Virus record (IMG/VR): IMGVR_UViG_3300044257_000012
Length of the DNA: 41,389 nucleotides
Source: a virus
Strand: one strand, 5' to 3'
Part shown: piece after piece, positions 23,456 to 30,534 of the stretch
How the letters are laid out: the number at the start of each line of letters is the position of its first letter
Numbering within the stretch: position 1 is the stretch's first letter
The notes under the pieces: generated by a model
Database searches by the model: none
Told to the model about the DNA's origin: nothing
Seen by the model: only the letters and a program-made list of their open reading frames with translations
Translations under genes and position numbers: made by a program

Positions 23456-26263
23456 GTGAGTGAGGCTTTCCAGCTCTACGACTATCAGCAGGAGGCCATC
23501 TCTGATCTCTTCTCTCGTTGGGATGCTGGCGCGACGCGCGTGCCGACGGTGGCTGCCACTGGACTCGGCAAGACTGAGATCTTCATTGCGGTGATCGATC
23601 GCTGGCTCGCGCTCAATCCGAGCAAGCGTGTGCTCGTCGTCGCGCACACCAACGAACTGATCGATCAGGCTGCAAAGAAATCTCGACTGCGCATGCCGCA
23701 TCGCCGCATCGGCATCGTCAAGGGCGCGCTGAATCAATCCACCGCCGACGTCATCATCTCGTCACGCCAGACACTCGCGAGTGTCAAGCGCAGAAATCAG
23801 ATCAAGCGTGTGGGCCTAATGATCGTCGACGAATGCTTCCCTGCTGGAACGCTGGTCGGGGGCGGGCCTATCGAGACGCTAAAGCCTGGCGACATGGTGC
23901 AGTCGTGGGATGAGGCGTCCGGTGAGGTTGTAGCGCGCCCCGTGGTCGCCGTCATGCGCAAGCGTCCACAAGCCGTGGTTCGCGTCTCCCTGGCCGGCGG
24001 GCAGGTGTTCGCCTGCACCCCGAACCATCCCATCCTCACGAGTCGGGGATGGTGTCCCGCCGGAATGCTTGCGCGTGGTGAGTTGGTGGTATCGTTTACT
24101 CATGACGGACAAACGAGTAAAACAGCCGGGGATCGGATCAGGGGGCGCAATGAGGCTTGCGGCGGAAGCGCGGAGAGTCGCGCGCACGACTCCGCCGTGC
24201 ACGTGGTGCGGAAACCTCGTGGACATGCCGAACGACACCATTCACAGGTATCGAACATGGCAGAAGACCGGACGGGCGTTCGACACCGACCAGTGCCGTG
24301 CGCGATGGGTGAGCCTGGATTCGTCGAATCGGATGGCTCGGACCAACAGGGTGCACGCTTCGGCGCGCATGATGGCGAACAACCCGATGGCTCGGGAAGA
24401 GACTCGCGAGAAAATGAAAGCGACGCTCTTGGCGATCGGTCATCAGCCGCGAATTCGTGGCGGGAATGGAACTCCACCACCCCAAGCTCAGCGCCTATTG
24501 GCGGAGTTCTTGGGGTGGCCCATGGAAGTAGTCGTTCCTCCCGGCGACGGGGATCGCCCCTATCACTACAAGTTGGATATAGCGCATCCGGCAATGAAGG
24601 TGTGCGTGGAGGTGGACGGGGGGTCCCACTACGCGCCGGCGCGCCGAGACTCGGACCGTCGGAGGGACGAACGCCTAGCGCGTATCGGGTGGTTGACGTT
24701 CAGGTTCTCGAATCAGGAAGCGACGGAACGTACGGCGGAGTGTGCCCAGACGGTTTTGTCTACAACATTGAAGTGGCGGGCACGCATACCTACCTGATTG
24801 GGGATGGCGTGGTGGCTCACAATTGTCATCACGCGCATTCAAAAAATACCTACGGGAAGGTGCTGAAACACTACGGGGCGTTTGACGCGTGCGAGCACTC
24901 CGACGATCCCGACTCTGTCGACGTGGCCGCATGCAACCCGTGCGTATCAACCGACAGGCACACGCCACCACGAATCAAAGTCGCTGGATTCACCGCAACG
25001 CTCGTTCGCGGCGACAAGGCGAAGCTGAGCACAGTGTGGGAGGACTGTACGTATTCGAGGGACATCCTCTTCGGCATTCGTCATGGCTACCTGCTCGACG
25101 TGAAGGGAGAGCGGATCATCGTCGATGATCTCAACTTGAAGAACGTCAAACAGGCGGGTGGGGACTTCAGCGAGTCCGCGCTCGCCGAGGAATTGGAGCG
25201 ATCGTTCGCGATCGAGACGATCGCCGAGGAGTACGCACGTCTCGCGCACGATCGCAAGGGCATCGCGTTCTGGCCACTCGTCGCCACAGCCGAGCACGCC
25301 GCTCAGGTGTTCAACGACGCGGGCATCCCGAGCGCGGCAGTGTCCGGCCAGACCGACAGGCACGAGCGTGCGAGCACGCTGGCAGACCTTGCCGCCGGGC
25401 GGATTCAGGTCGTGCACAACGCGATGGTGCTAACGGAAGGGTTCGACGACCCGTCCATCGAATGCATCGTGATCGGACGCCCGACGAGATCCCCCGTCCT
25501 CTTTCCGCAGATGGTCGGCCGCGGACTGCGCAAGCGTCACGACATCCCCATCGAACAGCAGCGTCCGTGCCTACTGTTCGTGGTCAGCGGAGCTGCCGAG
25601 ACGATGGACTTGCGAGGCATGATCGACCTCTCGCCTGAGTCCAACCTTCAGGGCGCGTACGACGAGAACCCGGACGCCACTCTCGGAGAGCTGGAAGAGT
25701 GGGTCGAGCAGCAGATCGAGGAGGAGCTTGACGCGCAGCGTTCGGGAGCGTCGTACGAATTCGAGAGTGAGCAGTACGCCGGCCCCGTCACCACGGCCAC
25801 ATTCGACCCTCTCGGCAGGGATAAGGCGTGGGGGAAGACGGACGGAGGTACCTACTATCTGCGTGCATCGCGGTTCGGCAAGGGCGACGCGTTCATCTTC
25901 TTGACTCCCGCTCTCTCGGGTCTGGCCGACGCATACGACATCGCCGCCTGCTCCACGAATACCGGCTTCGATCAGTTCGTCGACGCCGCGCCCGAGTGGG
26001 TGTCCGGCTTCCCCGAGCACGTGAACATGCCACTGGAGCGCGCGCTGCTGTTCAGCGAGGAGATCGCCGGGGGTGCGTACAACTCACACAAGAGCCCGTG
26101 GCACAGCCGGCCGCCGGGCAAGCACCTGAAAATCAAGGCGTGGCGCTTGGGCGTCGACGTCGGCCAGATGACGCACGGTGAATTGCAAGAGGCCGTCGAC
26201 GCGCGCATCGCCAACGCGCGAATCGATCCGCTCGTTGCTACCGTACGATCAAGTGTGCAATAA
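23456..26263 (+). CDS. SF2 (DExH) DNA helicase precursor containing an intein
   Basis: Motif I ATGLGKT, motif II MIVDE|...|CHH split by the insertion, motif III GFTAT, motif VI QMVGRGLRK. 935 codons, 605 without the intein. Confidence 0.85.
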   Translation: MSEAFQLYDYQQEAISDLFSRWDAGATRVPTVAATGLGKTEIFIAVIDRWLALNPSKRVLVVAHTNELIDQAAKKSRLRMPHRRIGIVKGALNQSTADVIISSRQTLASVKRRNQIKRVGLMIVDECFPAGTLVGGGPIETLKPGDMVQSWDEASGEVVARPVVAVMRKRPQAVVRVSLAGGQVFACTPNHPILTSRGWCPAGMLARGELVVSFTHDGQTSKTAGDRIRGRNEACGGSAESRAHDSAVHVVRKPRGHAERHHSQVSNMAEDRTGVRHRPVPCAMGEPGFVESDGSDQQGARFGAHDGEQPDGSGRDSRENESDALGDRSSAANSWREWNSTTPSSAPIGGVLGVAHGSSRSSRRRGSPLSLQVGYSASGNEGVRGGGRGVPLRAGAPRLGPSEGRTPSAYRVVDVQVLESGSDGTYGGVCPDGFVYNIEVAGTHTYLIGDGVVAHNCHHAHSKNTYGKVLKHYGAFDACEHSDDPDSVDVAACNPCVSTDRHTPPRIKVAGFTATLVRGDKAKLSTVWEDCTYSRDILFGIRHGYLLDVKGERIIVDDLNLKNVKQAGGDFSESALAEELERSFAIETIAEEYARLAHDRKGIAFWPLVATAEHAAQVFNDAGIPSAAVSGQTDRHERASTLADLAAGRIQVVHNAMVLTEGFDDPSIECIVIGRPTRSPVLFPQMVGRGLRKRHDIPIEQQRPCLLFVVSGAAETMDLRGMIDLSPESNLQGAYDENPDATLGELEEWVEQQIEEELDAQRSGASYEFESEQYAGPVTTATFDPLGRDKAWGKTDGGTYYLRASRFGKGDAFIFLTPALSGLADAYDIAACSTNTGFDQFVDAAPEWVSGFPEHVNMPLERALLFSEEIAGGAYNSHKSPWHSRPPGKHLKIKAWRLGVDVGQMTHGELQEAVDARIANARIDPLVATVRSSVQ
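23834..24823 (+). mobile_element. intein (330 codons) inserted in helicase motif II
   Basis: Begins CFPAGTLV (block A), has TPNHPILT (block B) and VYNIEVAGTHTYLIGDGVVAHN (blocks F/G), and is followed by +1 Cys. Excision restores DECHH. Confidence 0.8.
24150..24797 (+). CDS. nested +1-frame endonuclease gene (Zn-ribbon + NUMOD3-like + DUF559/Vsr-like PD-(D/E)xK domain)
   Basis: ORF 24069..24797. ATG 24150 is preceded by AGGGGGCGCA. Contains CTWCGN..C and YHYKLDIAHPAMKVCVEVDGGSHY..RRDERLARIGWLTFRF. The frame-0 translation of the same DNA is a featureless Arg/Gly/Ser-rich stretch. Confidence 0.7.
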   Translation: MRLAAEARRVARTTPPCTWCGNLVDMPNDTIHRYRTWQKTGRAFDTDQCRARWVSLDSSNRMARTNRVHASARMMANNPMAREETREKMKATLLAIGHQPRIRGGNGTPPPQAQRLLAEFLGWPMEVVVPPGDGDRPYHYKLDIAHPAMKVCVEVDGGSHYAPARRDSDRRRDERLARIGWLTFRFSNQEATERTAECAQTVLSTTLKWRARIPT

Positions 26264-26264
26264 T
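26235..26264 (+). promoter_or_regulatory. possible promoter TTGCTA-N18-AATAAT
   Basis: Overlaps the helicase stop. The gtgcaataat element resembles other -10 regions in this genome. Confidence 0.4.
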
Positions 26265-26281
26265 CAAACGTGCAGTAACGT

Positions 26282-26312
26282 GATCCCGTAGCTCAATTGG
26301 CAGAGCACTGAG
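26282..26312 (+). pseudogene. tRNA-like 5' fragment (acceptor strand plus D-arm), not a complete tRNA
   Basis: gatcccg-ta-GCTC-aattggca-GAGC-a-ctgag is a canonical D-arm. No anticodon or T arm, and no matching 3' acceptor strand, lies downstream. Confidence 0.3.
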
Positions 26313-26349
26313 GTCAATCACAGACACTACGAACAGGAAGTTCAAGATC

Positions 26350-26733
26350 ATGAGCACTGAATACTACGGCGAGGCGTACATCGTCGAGCCGGTCAAGCGC
26401 GCACCTCAGGTCGGCGCCGGACGGAAGGCTGAGGCCAACCCGTTCCACGTCGACGTGCGCGGTGTGATCGGCCAAGTGACCGAGGACGGCCGCCCACTGA
26501 CTATCGGCCGGACGTTCGCGCTGGACGCCGTGCAGGGCGAGACGCTGAAACAGCGTCACGATCGCATCCGGCGCTTCCTCACCCGCGCGGGCAAGGAGCA
26601 CGCCAAGGCGGACGGCGCGCCACTGCCGTACATGATCGGTCTCGCGATCGACGCACTCCCGAACGAGGGTGGGATCCCCGCCACTCAGCGCTACGTCGTC
26701 AAGTTCTGGGACAAGCGCGCACGCAAAGCCTGA
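26350..26733 (+). CDS. hypothetical protein
   Basis: 127-aa ORF with AGGAAG SD. Confidence 0.65.
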   Translation: MSTEYYGEAYIVEPVKRAPQVGAGRKAEANPFHVDVRGVIGQVTEDGRPLTIGRTFALDAVQGETLKQRHDRIRRFLTRAGKEHAKADGAPLPYMIGLAIDALPNEGGIPATQRYVVKFWDKRARKA

Positions 26734-26738
26734 AAGCC

Positions 26739-26776
26739 GGGGCAGGCGCTTCTGAGGGGTTGCGCCTGCCCCTTTC
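26739..26776 (+). terminator. rho-independent terminator
   Basis: ggggcaggcgc-(12 nt)-gcgcctgcccc-ttt. Confidence 0.65.
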
Positions 26777-26804
26777 GCATCGAGATGGAAGAGGGGCGCA
26801 AGGA

Positions 26805-27029
26805 ATGCACGCTTATTCGAGCACGTTCGTGATCGCCGGATATCTGACAGTGTCGTTCGCTACGACGCTGTTCGTAGTCATCGCGGGAGGCAAGGGGGCG
26901 AGGAATCAGGGCAAGCCGATGAACGCGGCGGACGCCTACTTCACGGGCTTCATCTCGATCGTCGTCCCTGTGTCCGCGCTCGCCATGATCGCGGTGCTGG
27001 CGTCCGGCGCGAAGGGTGTCAAGAAGTGA
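26805..27029 (+). CDS. small membrane protein (2 TM helices)
   Basis: ORF 26760..27029 trimmed to ATG 26805, with GAGGGGCGC 5 nt upstream. 74 aa. Confidence 0.6.
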   Translation: MHAYSSTFVIAGYLTVSFATTLFVVIAGGKGARNQGKPMNAADAYFTGFISIVVPVSALAMIAVLASGAKGVKK

Positions 27030-27976
27030 GCCTGCTCTTCAGCAACGATCGGCCAGGGCAGGAAGAGCCCGAGGGCAAGGAGTTCGGGGAGCGGTACTCC
27101 GGGCGGTATCACCTACCCCTACTGCCGGGAGAGAAGGGCACGAAGGCGGGGGGTGACTACGTCTCGCGCGGCGTGATGTCGGCTACCAACCTGGCAGGGT
27201 CGATGGTGGACTCGCGCACGTTGAGCGTCTGGGAGCGTGAACGTGGACAGATCGGCATGGCGATGCGTCCCGAGCTGTTCGAGCGCCTGGTATTCGACGT
27301 CAATGCCGCCGCAGCCGCGGGTGCCGACATGAGCGCGTTGAAGGACTCGACCTTCGGAAAGGTACTGGTCTCGTCCCTGGCCGAGATCCACGACCTGGCG
27401 AGGACGGCCAGCGGCGGGAATCGCGCGGCGGCGATGGGCACGAACAGGCATGACGCGTGGGAGGCTCGCGCGCAGACGGGCGCGCTGCTCGGCACTCCGC
27501 AGATCAATCGCGAGATCGAGGCACTTGAAGCGCTACTGGTCGAGAATCGATTGGCGCGCGTCGACGGCCTGCAAGAGCGCGTGGTGCGTAACGTCGGACT
27601 GAACGCGGCCGGCAGGTTCGACGACATCCTCATGTCGGAGAAAACCGGCAAGCTCTACATGGCAGACCTCAAGACGAAGCGGACGGCGTTCTACTCGTGG
27701 ATGGAGTCGTGGATTCAGCAGGCCGTCTATGCCACTGCCGAGTGGATGCTGAACGACGCGCGGGACGGTTACGTTCCCGGCCCGTCGCACCACGTCGATC
27801 AGAAGACGGCGATCCTGTTGCGGATGCCTTCCGATGGCGCGGCCCCGTACCTCGAACGCGTCGATCTTGAGATCGGGCTACGATGGGCGAAGCTGGCTCG
27901 CGAGGTCACCGACGCGCGCAGTGAGGCGCGGAGTTCGGCAACATTCGAGCTTGCACGATGGACCGGCGAAGAGTAG
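27026..27976 (+). CDS. PD-(D/E)xK exonuclease (RecB/Cas4/RecE-like)
   Basis: GRFDD...YMADLKTKR (D..D-x-K) followed by QQAVY (QxxxY). 316 aa. GTGA overlap. Confidence 0.6.
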   Translation: MSLLFSNDRPGQEEPEGKEFGERYSGRYHLPLLPGEKGTKAGGDYVSRGVMSATNLAGSMVDSRTLSVWERERGQIGMAMRPELFERLVFDVNAAAAAGADMSALKDSTFGKVLVSSLAEIHDLARTASGGNRAAAMGTNRHDAWEARAQTGALLGTPQINREIEALEALLVENRLARVDGLQERVVRNVGLNAAGRFDDILMSEKTGKLYMADLKTKRTAFYSWMESWIQQAVYATAEWMLNDARDGYVPGPSHHVDQKTAILLRMPSDGAAPYLERVDLEIGLRWAKLAREVTDARSEARSSATFELARWTGEE

Positions 27977-28149
27977 AGTAAGCATCAGTTGAGGGGCGAG
28001 AAATCAACTCCCCTAGCGAGACGGCGATTAATTCGCGCGCTAGGTAAGCGGTTGAGGAATCAATCCTGAATGTGTGCGTCGGCGGATCCACGGGAATGGC
28101 CTCCCGGCGCACATCACGCCCCGAATGAGCAGGGCCCGTCGGGGTCTGA

Positions 28150-28183
28150 GGACGTTCGATCGGTTCGAGTCCGATCCGGGGTA
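28150..28183 (+). other. tRNA-like 3' element (T-arm plus acceptor strand) in a 295-nt intergenic region
   Basis: atcGG-TTCGAGT-CCgat followed by ccggggta. I could not fold the upstream sequence into D or anticodon arms. Confidence 0.3.
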
Positions 28184-28271
28184 CGGAATACGGAGCGTGT
28201 GGCAACAAGACAGTCCGGAGAGACGGACACCTAAGCAGCAAGAGCAGGACGAGCAGAGAGCAGGAAAAAGC

Positions 28272-28937
28272 ATGACTTCTCCCGTTACCGACCCGTGGGC
28301 CGCGGCCTCCCCCGTCGCCGTCGCTCCGCCGGCACCCGTCCAGCATTCCGCTCCCGCAGTGACGGGCATCGCCGCCGGGTTCGCTCCGGCCGCGGGTGGG
28401 GGTGGTGGCAACCTCCTGTTCAGCCGGGGCAACGCTGCGCCGTCGATCATGAACAAGACCCACCCTCTCGGCACGTCGCGCGGCGGCATCATCAAGTCGG
28501 TCACCGACAAACAGGACCAGGACTTCAACAGCAAGACTCCGAAGTACTGGTCCACCTCGCGCGTGGGTGGAGAGCAGCGCAACCGCGCTGTCACCACCGA
28601 CGCCGTCGACGGCCCGACCGGTCAGCCGAACCGGCCGGTCATGGTGGTGCATGTCGAGCTGTCCACCGACTACCGCCTCACCGACGCGGAAGCCATCGCC
28701 GTCGGGCGCAACGCATCGGCCGTCGCCACCGACGATGGCAAGCGGATCGAGGTCATCGGCGGATTCGACTTCGAACCGTTCACCAAGGCCATGGAGGACG
28801 CGCGGATGCGCGGCATCGTGCTGACCGACTATCCGAGCCTGATCGGCAAGCGGCTCACGATCACCCGCGCCGGACAGAAGCCGAACCCCGGCCGAGAATC
28901 GAGCTGGATCAAGGCCTACCGCATCGACAACGCGTAG
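28272..28937 (+). CDS. hypothetical protein (its position next to the exonuclease suggests an ssDNA-binding or annealing role)
   Basis: ORF 28074..28937 trimmed to ATG 28272 (AGGAAAAAG upstream). Ala/Pro/Gly-rich N-terminus. 221 aa. The function is positional inference only. Confidence 0.6.
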   Translation: MTSPVTDPWAAASPVAVAPPAPVQHSAPAVTGIAAGFAPAAGGGGGNLLFSRGNAAPSIMNKTHPLGTSRGGIIKSVTDKQDQDFNSKTPKYWSTSRVGGEQRNRAVTTDAVDGPTGQPNRPVMVVHVELSTDYRLTDAEAIAVGRNASAVATDDGKRIEVIGGFDFEPFTKAMEDARMRGIVLTDYPSLIGKRLTITRAGQKPNPGRESSWIKAYRIDNA

Positions 28938-28954
28938 GCATCAGCGACACACGT

Positions 28955-28986
28955 CAGGGCAGGGAAGTCGCGACTTCCCTGCCCTG
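28955..28986. terminator. perfect 16-bp-arm palindrome (terminator or protein-binding site)
   Basis: cagggcagggaagtcg|cgacttccctgccctg. Outer arms ggcatcag/ctgatgcc. No T-run. Confidence 0.45.
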
Positions 28987-29013
28987 ATGCCTATTCAGGG
29001 GAGGGGCGATTTG

Positions 29014-29337
29014 ATGGAAGATCCAAGGATTCAACGGTTGATCTGCGAGCTTTACGAGATCAACTGCGCCGGAGGTCCGCTGCACGCCGCGTTGGACGAC
29101 GGAAACCTGAGCGGCGTGATCAAGCCGTGGTATGACCACTGGAGTCATGAAGAACTCGATGAGCTGTGGTACTGCGGGTGGCTCGTCAGGGAACTCTCGC
29201 CGGAAGCTCCGGCGGTCAAGGCCGGTCTGGGGCGTAGCATGCGTTCACTGTGCGAGGAGATCTCGGCCATCCTGAACGCCATGCCCGAGGATGAGCGGGT
29301 GAAGGTCGTCGAGCGTTTCAGGGAGGGGCGAAAGTGA
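29014..29337 (+). CDS. hypothetical protein
   Basis: ORF 28987..29337 trimmed to ATG 29014, with GAGGGGCGA 4 nt upstream. 107 aa. Confidence 0.6.
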   Translation: MEDPRIQRLICELYEINCAGGPLHAALDDGNLSGVIKPWYDHWSHEELDELWYCGWLVRELSPEAPAVKAGLGRSMRSLCEEISAILNAMPEDERVKVVERFREGRK

Positions 29338-30002
29338 ATGACAACCTGAAGGCTGGAGACATCCTGTTCGGACCGATCGGTGGGGTGGTGCCGGGATTCG
29401 TGCCCGTAGGCGTCGGCCAGCTGGCGCTGTTCGCGACGAGGCGGTGGTGGCGGATGGTGCACTCTCCTCGCACCTGGTTCCGCATCCGCCACGCCGCAGT
29501 CGTCGCGCGTCAGGCGACGGTGAACGGCGTCGGCCGGCTGACTGTCATTCAGGCGATGCCGGGAGGATGCGAGGAGGTCGCGTTCGATCCGGCCAAGCAC
29601 TTCACCGCGGCGCACGTCTTCATCCGGCCGGACTACGAGGCCGCGGCCTACGTCTGGCCCGGCGATGTGGCGACGTGTGCGCGTAGGTACGTCGGCACGC
29701 CGTATGGCTTCCTGACGTACGCCAAGCTCGCCGCCGGCGCACTGAGGATGCGGCTCACTGAAGCGTGGCTTCGCCGGATCATCTCGACACGTCGCGACAT
29801 GATCTGCTCACAGCACGTCGATCAGTCTCTGGCCGATGCCGGCTACCACGCTTTCGACGACGGACGGCTTCCTCAGGACGTCGTCCCCGCCGAGCTGTAC
29901 CACCGACTCCTGTCGTCGCCCGGTCAGTTCTTGATCCCGGGGCATCCGGGGTTCGGCCAGTGGACAGATAACAAGTCGATGAATCAAGGCTTGACGAATT
30001 GA
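29334..30002 (+). CDS. permuted papain-fold hydrolase (NlpC/P60 superfamily, YiiX/C92-like)
   Basis: GDILFGP..., IRHAAVV (His), VIQAMPGG, VGTPYGF and MICSQHV (Cys) appear in the His-before-Cys order typical of the permuted family. GTGA overlap. Confidence 0.6.
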   Translation: MNDNLKAGDILFGPIGGVVPGFVPVGVGQLALFATRRWWRMVHSPRTWFRIRHAAVVARQATVNGVGRLTVIQAMPGGCEEVAFDPAKHFTAAHVFIRPDYEAAAYVWPGDVATCARRYVGTPYGFLTYAKLAAGALRMRLTEAWLRRIISTRRDMICSQHVDQSLADAGYHAFDDGRLPQDVVPAELYHRLLSSPGQFLIPGHPGFGQWTDNKSMNQGLTN

Positions 30003-30020
30003 CGCGATGCAGCGTATGAT
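29991..30020 (+). promoter_or_regulatory. promoter TTGACG-N18-TATGAT
   Basis: Spans the stop of the hydrolase gene, about 40 nt upstream of ATG 30062. Confidence 0.5.
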
Positions 30021-30061
30021 TAGGGCAACAAATCAAGAGCGCATTTGGAGGGGCGAGAAGC

Positions 30062-30175
30062 ATGAAGTGGAACGCGAGGCGATTGAACTCCGCTCAGGGT
30101 GTCGTGCTCGGAGCGACGGTTGGCGCGCTGGCATGGTTCAGTGTCATCGGCGCGACGTTGGCGGTGTTCGGATGA
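30062..30175 (+). CDS. 37-aa single-TM peptide (below the ORF-track cut-off)
   Basis: GAGGGGCGA lies 5 nt upstream. MKWNARRLNSAQGVVLGATVGALAWFSVIGATLAVFG. ATGA overlap with the next gene. Confidence 0.45.
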   Translation: MKWNARRLNSAQGVVLGATVGALAWFSVIGATLAVFG

Positions 30176-30351
30176 AAAAGCCGAGCACGGGCAACGGGCG
30201 CGATGACGGACAGAAACCGCAGATGAAGGAATCGTTCTTCCGCGAACGCGACGGCGGGGTGCGCTGGGACGAGACTCCCCTGATCTTCCCGCTGGGCAAG
30301 GAGAACGAGCGCAAGATCGCTCGTGAGCGCGAGCAAGAAGAGGGGCGGTAG
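30172..30351 (+). CDS. hypothetical 59-aa charged protein
   Basis: ORF 30007..30351 trimmed to ATG 30172. Confidence 0.5.
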   Translation: MKKPSTGNGRDDGQKPQMKESFFRERDGGVRWDETPLIFPLGKENERKIAREREQEEGR

Positions 30352-30354
30352 GCC

Positions 30355-30534
30355 ATGGGGCGCGAGGATCGACAGGACATCAACAAGGTGCGTAAGGCGG
30401 GAAGCGATCTCCCGCCGCGCGGCAAAGGTGTCAAAGACGTGAAGCTGAGCGTCACCGGTGAGCCACCGGTGACAGCAGCCATCATCAGGCCGAAGCCGAA
30501 AGGCTACAAGGGGGCGCATCGTGACCGCGGCTGA
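30355..30534 (+). CDS. hypothetical 59-aa basic protein (below the ORF-track cut-off)
   Basis: GAGGGGCGG lies 6 nt upstream. MGREDRQDINKVRKAGSDLPPRGKG.... Confidence 0.5.
   Translation: MGREDRQDINKVRKAGSDLPPRGKGVKDVKLSVTGEPPVTAAIIRPKPKGYKGAHRDRG

Noticed and set aside
24100-24594. Minus-strand ORFs (24100..24594, 24138..24485) and the frame-0 segment inside the intein as independent genes.
   Set aside because: They have featureless composition and no start signals. Only the +1-frame ORF has domain-like motifs and an SD.
26282-26312. Functional tRNA gene.
   Set aside because: Only the acceptor 5' strand and D-arm are present. No anticodon stem partner, T-arm or 3' acceptor strand could be found downstream.
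28101-28183. Complete (long-variable-arm) tRNA ending at the T-arm/acceptor element.
   Set aside because: Candidate 5' acceptor strands give one or more mismatches. The intervening sequence does not form D or anticodon arms with 7-nt loops.
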